Part shown: one piece after another, positions 44,901 through 55,300 of the stretch
Layout of the letters: the number at the start of each line of letters is the position of its first letter
Position numbering within the stretch: position 1 is the first letter of the stretch
From: an uncultured Holophagales bacterium
GTDB lineage: Bacteria; Acidobacteriota; Thermoanaerobaculia; Multivoradales; UBA5704
Direction of reading: 5' to 3'
DNA length: 64,000 nucleotides
NCBI GenBank assembly: GCA_963842525.1
Contig: CAWJGT010000003.1
Span: forward strand, 1,408,001 to 1,472,000
The notes under the pieces: generated by a model
Seen by the model: only the letters and a program-made list of their open reading frames with translations
The model's database searches: none
What the model was told of the DNA's origin: nothing
Position numbers and translations under genes: made by a program

Positions 44901-47900
44901 GCGCCAGCAGGCGGTCGAAGGTGAGGTTGCCAGAGAAGTCCAGCCGCAGCGCGAGGCTGTTGACGAAGAAACCGATCAGCCCTTCGAGCTCCAGGCGGGT
45001 GCGGTTGGCGACATAGGTGCCGACCGCGAAGTCGCCCTGGCCGCTCGCGCGGTGGAGCACAACGGCGAACGCGGCGAGGCCGATCATGAACGGCGTGGCC
45101 GCCTGGCGCCGCGCCAGATGCCGGACCCTCGCGGCGACCTCCGGCGGCAGGGGAAGCGTGAGCGAGTCGCCGTTGAATGTCTGCATCGGCGGCCGCGGCC
45201 GGTCGAACGGCAGGCGCAGCGGCGGCACGCCGCTCAGGCGTTGCCGCCAGTAGCCGGCGATTCGCTCCAGGGTGGCGCCGGTCAACCGGGCGCGCTGCCA
45301 GCAGGCGAAGTCCGCGTACTGGATCGGCAACTCCGGCAGCGGCGAGGCGCGCCGCGAGAGGTCCGCGTCGTAGAGCGCCGACAGCTCGCGGGTCAAGACC
45401 CTGATCGACCAGCCGTTGAACGCGATGTGATGGAAGTTGAGGAGGAGCAGGTGGCGCGCCGCCGTCCCGATCGTGCCACCAGCCGCGAGCCGCAGCAGGC
45501 AGGCGCGGAGCAGAGGGCCGCGGGTGAGATCGAAGCCGCGCGTCATATCGGCCTGCCGCAGCCGCTCCGCCGTGGCAGCGCGCTCGTCCTCCGAGAGGGC
45601 GGTGAGGTCGATCACCGGGAGCGGCGGGGCAAACGGTGGCAGCACCACCTGCACCGGCTCGCCAGCCGGCGCGTGGAAGACGGTGCGCAGGGCCTCGTGC
45701 CGGCGCACCACTGCGGCGAAGGCTGCGGCGAGCGCCGCGACGTCGAGGTGGCCGGAGAGGATGAGCACACACGGGATGTTGTACACGAAGCTCCCGGGCG
45801 TCAGTTGGTCGAGGAACCAGAGCCTCTCCTGCGCAAAGGAGAGCGGCAGCGCGGCGCCCGGCTCGCGGTGGGGAATGGCCCCCCAGTCCTCGAACTCGGT
45901 GTCTCCGGCCTCTCCATCGTCTCCACCATTGCTCTCGCCCGGGGGCAGGGCGGCGCGCAGGCGGACCGCCAGGCCGGCAACGGTGGGCGCCTCGAACAGC
46001 AGGCGCAGCGGCAGATCGACGCCGAAAGCCTGGCGCAGGCGCGACATCACCTGCGTCGCCAACAGTGAGTGTCCGCCGAGCTCGAAGAAATCCGCCTCCG
46101 GCCCCACCCGTTCCAGCTCCAGAACTTCGGCGAAGATCCCGGACACCAGCTTCTCGGTCTGCGTCCGCGGTGCCCGGGCGTCAGCTCTTACGTCCCGCTC
46201 CAGCGGCAGGGCCGCGAGGGCCTTCCTGTCGAGCTTGCCGTTGACCGTCAGCGGCATTGACTCCAGCAGCACATACGCCGATGGCAACATGTACTCGGGC
46301 AGGCGGCCCCTGAGCAAATCCCGCAGCTCCCTGGCCGAGACTCCACCCCGCGCGGTCTCCACGTACGCCATCAGAGACCCGCCTCCGGACGGGTCCTGCC
46401 GCGGCAGCACGACTGCCGAACGCACCTCTCCGTGCCCCAGCAAAGCCGCCTCGATCTCCCCTGGCTCGATGCGAAATCCCCGTATCTTGACCTGGTGGTC
46501 GCACCGGCCCAGGTAGTCCATCTGCCCGTCCGCGCGATAGCGCGCCAGGTCGCCGGAGCGATACAGACGCGCCCCCGGCCCACCGAACGGGTCGGGGACG
46601 AACCGCTCGGCGGTCAGCTCGGGCCTCCGGAGGTAGCCGCGCGCCAGACCGTCGCCGCCGATCACCAGCTCCCCGTTCACTCCCAGAGGCACGGGCTCCA
46701 GGGTCCGGTCCACCACGTGGATCGTCGTGTGGCCGATCGGACCCCCGATCGGGACGGTCCGGGCGCCGGCCGGGACGCCGGCGATGCGGTACCAGGAGCT
46801 GTAGGTCGTGCTCTCGGTGGGGCCGTAGACGTGCAGCAGGCGCCGCGGCGGACCGGCGGCCAGGACGGCCCTCACCCACTGCGGGTCGGCGGCCTCGCCG
46901 CCGAAGAGGACCTCGTGAAGAGAAGCAAACGCCGCCGGCTCCTCGCGGGCCATTTGGTTGAACAGCGCCGTGGTCAGGAACAGCGTGTCGATCCGCAGGT
47001 CCCGCAGGGCTGCCGCCAGCCGCGCGGGCTCCAGGCTCACCTCGCGATCGATTCCCACAACCGTGCCGCCGTGCAGAAGCGCCCCCCAGATCTCGAAGGT
47101 GGCCGCGTCGAAGGACGTGTTGGAGGCCTGGGCGATGCGATCTCCGGGCCCCAGGTCGACGTAGTCGGTCTCGCAGGTCAGGCGGATCACAGCCCGCTGC
47201 GGAATGGCAATCCCCTTGGGCATTCCGGTCGAGCCGGATGTGTACATCACATATGCCAGATGGTCCGGGCCGGACAGCGGCTCCAGGCTCCACGCCGGAC
47301 GAGCCGCCACGGCCGCCGCTTCCGCCCCGAGGTCGATTACGGGCACGCCGAGATCTCCGGCTTCCGGCAACACATCGCCGGCGGTGATCAGAGCGGCGAG
47401 GCCCGAATCCACGATCATCAGCTCCAGGCGCTCGCGCGGGTAGCTCGGGTCGAGAGGCACGTAGGCGCCGCCGACCTTGAGGGTGGCAAGAGCCGCCACG
47501 ACCATGGAGGTTGAACGCTCCAGGCAGAGTCCCACCCGGACCTCCGGAGCGACCCCCAGGGCCCACAGGTGGTGCGCCAGGCGGTTCGAGCGCGCGTCCA
47601 GCTCTGCGTAGCTCAGGACTTCTCCTGCGAATTCCACGGCGGGGGCCGCGGGGGAACAGGCCACCTGCTGCGCGAAGAGCCCGGCGAGAGAGGAATCGCG
47701 AGGATACGCCGTGCCGGTGGCGTTGAGCTCGATCAGGAGCTGGTGGCGCTCCGCGGCGGACAGGAGCGGCAGCTCCGGCAGGCCTGTTTCCGGCGCTTGC
47801 ACCGCGGTGCCCAGCAGCGTCTCGAAGCCGGTGAGGAGCCGCTGGATCGTGGTCCGGTCGAAGAGATCGGTGCTGTATTCGAGAGAGCCTTCGAGGCCGT

Positions 47901-50900
47901 CTCCCTGCTCGCCCAGGGCGAAGCTCAGGTCGAACTTCGCCGTCGTGCCTTCTGCATCCACCGGCTGCAGGCGCAGCTCCCGGATCTCCAGGCTCCCGAC
48001 GGGAGCATTCTGCAGCACGAGCATCACCTGGAACACGGGGGTGTGGCCGAGGCTCCGCTCCGGGGCGAGCTCCTCGACCAGCTTTTCGAACGGCACGTCC
48101 TGATGGAGATAGGCCGCCAGCGCGGTCTCGCGCACCCGGCCGAGGGCCTCGCGGAACGCGGGAGCGCCCGCGAGGTCGCCGCGCATCACCAGCGTGTTGA
48201 CGAAGAACCCGATCAGCCCCTCGATCTCCACCCGGTTGCGGCCGGCAATGGGGGAGCCCACCGCGAGGTCGTCCTGTCCGCTGGCGCGCGCGAGAAGAGC
48301 CTGGAAGGCGGCGAGGAGCACCATGAAGAGCGTCGCCCCCTCGCGCCGGGCGAGGGCCTCCATCTGCCGGGTGAGCCCGGCCGGCAGCCGCACCGGCCGG
48401 GTGGCGCCCCGGAAGCTCCGCACCGCGGGGCGCGGCCGGTCGGTGGGCAGCTCCAGGAGCGGCGGCAGCCCGGCGAGCTGCCGGCGCCAGTAGGCGATTT
48501 CGCTCTCCAGGACCTCGCCGTGCAGCCAGGAGTGCTGCCACACCGCGAAATCCGCGTATTGCACCGGCAGCTCGGGCAGGGGCGACGGCCTGCGTTCGGC
48601 GAATGCGACGTAGAGGGCCGTCACCTCGCGGACCAGGATTCCCATGGACCAGCCGTCGCTCGCGATGTGGTGCATGGTGAGTGTGGCGACATGGTCCTCG
48701 CCAGCCAGGCGCAACAGCACGCCGCGCAACAGCGGACCATGCCCCAGATCGAACGGGCGGCGGGCTTCTTCACCCGCCAGAGCGAAAGCCACCGGCTCGC
48801 GCTGGCTTTCCGGCAGGCCCGACAGATCCACGAGCGGCAGGCCGAAGGGTGCCGCCGGGTGGATCACCTGTACCGGCACGCCCTCCCACGCGGCGAAGAC
48901 CGTCCGCAACACCGCGTGGCGGCGTTGGACCTCCCCGAGGCAGATCGCCAGCAGGCCGGCGTCGAGCGGCCCTCCCACGCGCAGAGCCACCGGGATGTTG
49001 TAGAGCGAGCTGCCCGGATCGAGCTGATCGATGAACCAAAGACGCTGCTGCGCGAACGACAGGGGCAGCAGCCCTTGATGCGGCACCGGCACCCGGGGCG
49101 GCAGCCCCTCGGCCGGCCGGCCAGCCAGACTGCTCTCGATCCGGCCCGCGAGCGCCTCGACCGTCGGCGCCTCAAACACCGCCCGCACCGCCAGCTCCAC
49201 CCCGAACACGGTCCGCACCCGCGAGGCGACCTGCGTCGCCAGCAGTGAGTGTCCACCGAGAGAGAAGAAGTTGTCCTCCGCCCCTACCCGCTCGATCCCC
49301 AGCACCTCACTCCAGATCCCCGCCAGCACCTCTTCCAGCGGACCGCGCGGCGGACGGCTCTCGCCCTGCGGCGCGGCCACCTCCGGCGCCGGCAGCGCCC
49401 GCCGGTCCACCTTGCGGCTCGGCGTCAGCGGCAGCTCCGACAGCGCCACAAAGACCGGTGGCACCATGTACTCGGGCAGTCGCCGCGCGAGGTGGCCGCG
49501 CAGCTCTTCCCATTCCGGAGCCGGCCCCGACGGCACCACGTAGGCCACCAGCCGGCGATCGCCACCCTCTCCCAGGGCGACCACCACCGCCTGCGCCACA
49601 TCCGGATGCGCTCCCAGCGCCGATTCAATCTCTCCCAGCTCGATGCGGTGGCCACGCACCTTCACCTGCTGGTCGGCGCGCCCGAGGTGCTCGAGCTGGC
49701 CGTCCGCCAAGCGGCGCACCACGTCGCCCGTCCGGTAGAGCCGCCCTCCCCGCTCGCCGAACGGCGACGGCATGAAACGCTCCGCCGTCAGCGCCGGCCG
49801 CTCCAGGTAGCCGCTCGCCAGTCCCACGCCGCCAATCCACAGCTCGCCCGCCACCCCGATCGGCATCGGTTCCAGAGTCGCCGACAGCACGTACGTCGTG
49901 GTCCGGCCGACGGCGCGGCCAATGGTGATCCTCTCCCCCTCTCGCACCCTCCCCGCGGTCGACCACACGGTGGTTTCGGTAGGCCCGTAGAGGTTCCACA
50001 CCTCACGGCCGCGCCGGGCCAGCTCTCGCGCAAGATCCTCGCCGAGAGACTCGCCGCCGCACAGCACCCGCAGCGCCGGCTCTCCCGACCAGCCCGCCGC
50101 CAGCAGCATCCGCCAGGTCACCGGGGTGGCCTGCAGCACCGTCGCCGCGCTCGCCTCGAGACGGCGCAGCAGGCGCCAGCCGTCCGCCGACTCCTCCTGG
50201 CTCGCCAGAGCCACTCCGGCTCCCACCATCAGCGGCAGATAGAGCTCCAGGCCTGCGATGTTCGAACGACAGCGCCGTCACCGCCGCCACAACGTCCTCG
50301 GGCCCCAGGCTCAGGCGCTCCCTCATGGTCTCCAGGAAGCTGGCGAACGAGCCGTGGCTGATCTCCACTCCCTTCGGACGCCCCGTCGAGCCCGACGTAT
50401 AGATCACGTACGCCGTTTGCCGTGGATCGACCTCCAGCTCCAGATCCTCTGTCCTCCGGCGCCCGATGACGGCCTGATCCCCGTCCACTCGCACCTGCCC
50501 GCGGCTCGATAGCCAGTCCACCCCGGCCAGCTCCTCCTCGCTCACCACCAGACGGGCCCCAGAGTCCTCCAGCATGTAGGCCAGTCGGTCCGCCGGATAT
50601 GACGGATCGAGCGGCACGTAGCACCCGCCGGCCTTCAGCACACCCAGCGCGCTCGCCACCATCCACGGCGAGCGCCACAGCGCGATTCCCACCCGCTCCC
50701 CAGGTCGCAGCCCCAGCGACTGCAGGTGGCGCGCCAGACGGTTGGACCAGGCATTGAGATGCCCGTAGCTCCACACCTCCTCTCCCCACACCAACGCACG
50801 AGCCTCCGGAGTCCGCCGCACCTGCTCCTCGATCAGCCGGTGCACCGCTGCCTGCCGCCACTCGCCACCCGCGGTGTCGTTCCACTCCTGGAGCAGTTGG

Positions 50901-52363
50901 TGTCGCTCGCCCGCAGCGAGCAGCGGGAGCTCCGAAAGACGCTTGCCCGGATTCGCCACGACTCCGGCCAGCAGGCCTACGAAATGCCCCGCCAGGCGCT
51001 CGATCGTCGCGCTGTCGAACAGGTCGCAGCTGTACTCCAGGCGGCCGAGCAGGGTGTCCCCCGACTTCTCGAACCGGCAACTGAGATCGAACTGCGCGGT
51101 CGCCAGGTCGAGGATGGCGGGCTCTACGGTGAGCCCCGGAACCTCCAGCTCGGACGCCGGCGTGTTCTGCAGCACGAACAGGACCTGGAACAGAGGGTTG
51201 TAGCTGAGGCTGCGCTCCGGCCGCAGCTCCTCGACCAGTGTCTCGAAGGGGAGCTGGCCATGGCTCTGGGCTTCCAGAACCTCATCGCGGACGCGGCCGA
51301 GCAGGACTCGGGCCGAAGGGTTGCCGGACAGGTCGACACGCAGCACGAGGGTGTTGAGGAAGAACCCGATCAGTCCCTCGATGTCGCTGCGGTCGCGGTT
51401 GGCCACCGGGTAGCCAATCACCAGGTCCTGCTTCCCGGTATAGCGCCCGAGCAGGGCGAGGAAGGCGGCAAGGAGGGTCATGAACAGGGACACCCCCTCC
51501 CGCCGGCTCAACCGGCCCACGCTCTGCGCCAGCTCCGCGGGCAACACGAGGAGCCGCGTCGCTCCGCGATCGCTGCGCATCGCCGGCCGGGGGTGGTCGA
51601 ACGGCAGCTCCAGCACCGGATCGGCCCCTGCCAGCTTGGCGCGCCAGTGAGCCAGCTCCTTCTCCAGCACAGCTCCCTGGAGCCACCCCCGCTGCCAGGC
51701 GGCGTAGTCCGAGTATTGGAAGGGGAGATCCAGCAGGGGGGACCGGCCACCGCGGAGGAAAGCGCCGTAGAGCGTCCACACCTCGCGGACCAGCACGCCG
51801 AGCGACCAGCCATCGGCGATGGCATGGTGAAGCGTCAGGACGGCCTTATGCTCGCGGCGATCCAGCCGCAGCAGAAGGACGCGCAGCAGGGGCCCCGCGT
51901 CGAGGTCGAAGGTGCGGCGTGCCTCGGCCAGGATCAGATCCCCGGCCAATTGCGACGCTTCCGCCGCGGGCAGGCCGCTCAGGTCGACCAGCGGCAGGAG
52001 GAGCGGCCCCGGTGCAGAGATGCTCACCCATGGCTCGCCGCCAAGCTCGATGAACGTGGTGCGGAGCGTCTCGTGACGCCGCGTCACCTCGGTCAGGGCG
52101 CGGCCGAGGACCTGGATGTCGAGCGCTCCGGCGAGGCGAACCTCCACGGCGATGTTGTAGAAAGGACTCTCCGGCTCCAGGCGCTGCAGGAACCAGAGAC
52201 GCTGCTGGGCGAACGAGAGCCGGCGGTTCCCAGGGCCCTGGAGAGGAGTGATCGGCGGCTCTCCCTCCAGATCGATCCCCTCCTCGGCGAGGAGGACAGC
52301 GAGCATCTCCCGCTGCTCTGCGGAGAGACCCACCGCCGCGCCCAGACGCTCGATCTCGCTCAA
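16933..52363 (-). CDS. 10-module NRPS of about 11,800 aa: (C-A-T)x7, C-A-NMT-T, C-A-T-ST, C-A-T-TE; split by indels near 50262, 36735 and 29899
   Basis: Four ORF-track pieces join at conserved motifs ([34 protein letters not shown]); ten C, A and T motif sets; TE GWSSG; TTG start after GGGAG. Confidence 0.9.
20980..25155 (-). other. NRPS module 9, C-A(Dab/Dap)-T-sulfotransferase
   Basis: Code DIWEITADDK; ST motifs [30 protein letters not shown]. Confidence 0.8.
25210..29595 (-). other. NRPS module 8, C-A-N-methyltransferase-T, substrate uncertain
   Basis: Code DIFHFGLILK; NMT motifs [27 protein letters not shown]. Confidence 0.7.
29650..32805 (-). other. NRPS module 7, C-A(LYS2-like)-T, predicted Aad/Glu
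   Basis: [37 protein letters not shown]. Confidence 0.7.
32860..36030 (-). other. NRPS module 6, C-A-T, Pro-like scaffold with atypical pocket
   Basis: [10 protein letters not shown] motif; code DAHITTHVAK. Confidence 0.55.
36100..39275 (-). other. NRPS module 5, C-A-T, predicted Ile/Val
   Basis: Code DAFFLGLTFK. Confidence 0.65.
39350..42500 (-). other. NRPS module 4, C-A-T, predicted Ala
   Basis: Code DLFNNALTYK. Confidence 0.75.
42580..45850 (-). other. NRPS module 3, C(HHIAFNG)-A-T, predicted Dab/Orn
   Basis: Code DVGEVSSIDK, close to the polymyxin Dab and tyrocidine Orn codes. Confidence 0.65.
45950..49070 (-). other. NRPS module 2, C-A-T, predicted Ile/Val
   Basis: Code DAFFLGVTYK. 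Confidence 0.7.
49130..52230 (-). other. NRPS module 1, C-A-T, predicted Gly
   Basis: Pocket code read by eye: DILQLGLVWK. Confidence 0.75.
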
Positions 52364-52367
52364 GTCG

Positions 52368-55300
52368 CTACTCCCGGGCTCCGATCCCAGGATCACCCGC
52401 GGCCATGCCCTGTACGGTGATCAGAATGCGGGCGAGCTTGCGCGTCTGTCCCGGCTTGGGCTCCCTCTCGACGACCCGCTTCGCCATCTCGGCGACGGTC
52501 AGCGCGTCGAAGAAGTCGCGCAGCGAGAGCTCGACCCGGAGGGCATCCCGGACCCGCGAGATGAGCTGCACGGCGAGCAGAGAGTCACCACCGAGATGGA
52601 AGAATTGATCGTCGACGCCGACCTGCTCGACGCCGAGCACCTGCGCCCAGATGCCGGCCAGCACCTGCTCTTCCGGGTTTCTGGGCGCCACGAGCTCCGC
52701 CCGCGTCCCAGCGCGCGCGCCGCCGGGCGGCGGCAAGGCTCCGCGGTCGACTTTGCCATTGGCGGACAGCGGGAGCTGGTCGAGCACCATGAACACCGCC
52801 GGTACCATGTACTCGGGGAGCCGTTCGCGCAGGAAGCCGCGGATCTCCTCCTCCTCGGGCGCGGCCGCATCCGCAGCGCCTGCCGCAAGCATGACGTGGC
52901 AAGGCACTTGATCGGTCTCCGGCAGCGCCTGGAAACGGCGGAACCCGGCGTTCTGCGTCGCCGCCTCCCAGGTGCCGGTCGAAATGAACGGCACCTCGGA
53001 CCGCCAGCGGTCCTCGTGGCGGCTCAAGCCCTCCAGGAGGGCGTTGCTGACGTTGTAGATCAGATTCCAGCTCGTCGACTCCTCGAAGAGGAGAAGGCCG
53101 CCGGGGGCGAGCAGCCACTGGATGTGCTGGAGCGCCGCGTCGAGGTCACGCGTTCCATGCAGCATGTCGCCCGCGACGGCGATATCGAAGCTGTGGGCGG
53201 TGAACCCCTGCTCGGCCGGCGAATTCTCGATGTTGAGCAGCCGGTAGTCGAGGAATGGAACGTCGCGGTATTTCTCTTTCGCCTGGCGGGTGAAGTACCC
53301 GGAGATGTCGGTGAAGGTGTACCTGGTTCTCTCCGCCGGCAGCACGGGCAGCAGAAAGGTCGTCGTGCCGCCCGTCCCGGCGCCGATCTCCAGGATGCGC
53401 AGCGGTTGTCCGGAGGGTCCGGAGGGTCCGGACGGCCACCGCTCGGCGATCGCGGCCAGCACCGCCGCCGTCGTGTTGTGCAGAAAGCGGCCCGACGCGT
53501 AGATCTGCGCCGCCTGGCTCCAGTCGCCGCCGGGAAAGAAGACCTCCAGCGGGTGGACCTCGCCCTGGAGGATCGCGGCGAGGTTGCCGCCGCTGCGGCG
53601 CAAGGTTTCGGCCAGCTCGCTCACGATCTCGCCGCCGGTGCCTTGCCACAGGGCTTCGAGGTCGGGCTCAGCCAGCGGCTCGGGGCTGCTGAAGCTGTCT
53701 CCCGCCGCCACGAGCAGCCCCTCGTCCGCCAGCGCACGCAGCCAGAGGAGCATCAGCCTGCCGTAGCGCGGCTCGATGCCGAAGCGCTGCAACAGCTCGT
53801 CGCCGGTGTGGCTCTCTCCCGCCACCAGGAAAGCGCCCATCCGGCGCAGTGTCGAGACCATGTAGCCGATGGCGACCCTCCCCAGCCGCCGGAGCTGCTC
53901 GGGATCGGTCTGCAGCGTCCGCTCGGCGAGGCTCGCCTCCGCCTGCCGGCGGCCGGCCGCCACCGCCGCCGCCCACATCTCGTCATCCAGCCCGGATCTC
54001 GGACCGCCAGCGCCCGCGGGCTCCCGGCTGGGGACCACATAGGCGACCAGGCGGCGGTCCCCGGGGCCGTCCTTGTGTGCCACCACCACCGCCTCGCCCA
54101 CTGCCGGATGGCGGCGCAGCGTCGCCTCGATCTCGCCGAGCTCGATGCGGTAGCCGTGCACCTTGACCTGGAAGTCCTCGCGGCCGAGGAATTCGATGGT
54201 GCCGTCCGGCAGGTAGCGTCCGAGATCGCCGGTGCGGTAGAGGCGCTCGCCGCTTGCCGGATGGACGATGAAGCTCGCGCGGGTGCGCTCCTCGTCTCGC
54301 CAGTACCCTTTCGCCACCCCGGCGCCGCCGATATAGAGCTGTCCGGGCACCCAGACGGGACAGGGCTCCAGATGGCCGTTCAACACCGCGAAGCTCTGGT
54401 TGGCGAGGGGCCGCCCGTAGGGGATGCTCCGCCAGGCCGGATCGACCAATCCGATCGGATGGCAGATCGACCAGATCGACGCCTCGGTGGCGCCGCCGAG
54501 GCTGATCACCTGCGCGCCCGGAGCGAGGCGCCGGATGCGGTCCGGCAGGGTGACCGGGATCCAGTCGCCGCTCAGCAGGACGAGACGCAGCGACGAAGGG
54601 AGCGTTCCGCCGTTCCCCTCAAGATAGGTCACCATCATGTCCATGAGGGCCGGGACGGAATTCCACACCGTGACCCGCTCGCGCGCGAGGATCGCGGACA
54701 GACTGGCAGGCTCGCGCAGATTGTCCAGCCCAGGCACGACGATGCTCGCGCCGGCGGCGAGCGTGCCGAAGACGTCGTAGACCGAGAGGTCGAAGCTCAA
54801 GGACGAGATCGCCAGGATCCGGTCGCCTCTCCCCACGCCGAACCGCCGGTTGATGTCGAGGACCGTATTCAGCGCGCCCCGGTGGTCGATCATCACTCCC
54901 TTGGGCTGGCCGGTGGAGCCCGAGGTATAGATGACGTAGGCGAGGTCTTCCGAAGAGGGAGTCTCAGGCACGAACGGGACACCGTTCCGCGCGCCCGGCT
55001 CCCGGCCGACGACGATCCGCTCGACGCCGGGCGGCCAGTCGAGCGTGCCGTCGAGCCACGGCTGGGTGAGCGCCGCGTGGATTCCGCCGTGCGTAAAGAG
55101 CTGGAAACGCCGCTCCTTCGGCCAACTGGCATCGATCGGGCAGTAGGCTGCGCCGGCCTGGTGGACAGCAAGGACGGCGGCGACCTGCTCCCATCCTTTG
55201 TCCATTACGACGCCGACCAGGGCGTCGGGCGCGACGCCGAGCGCGCGCAGCCGTTGGGCGAGCTCGCCGGCCCGGTGGGCGAGCTCGCCGTAGGTGAGCG

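Noticed and set aside
29891-50229. Four separate NRPS genes or pseudogenes
   Set aside because: The breaks fall inside A domains or the A-T junction, and single-base corrections restore the consensus motifs.
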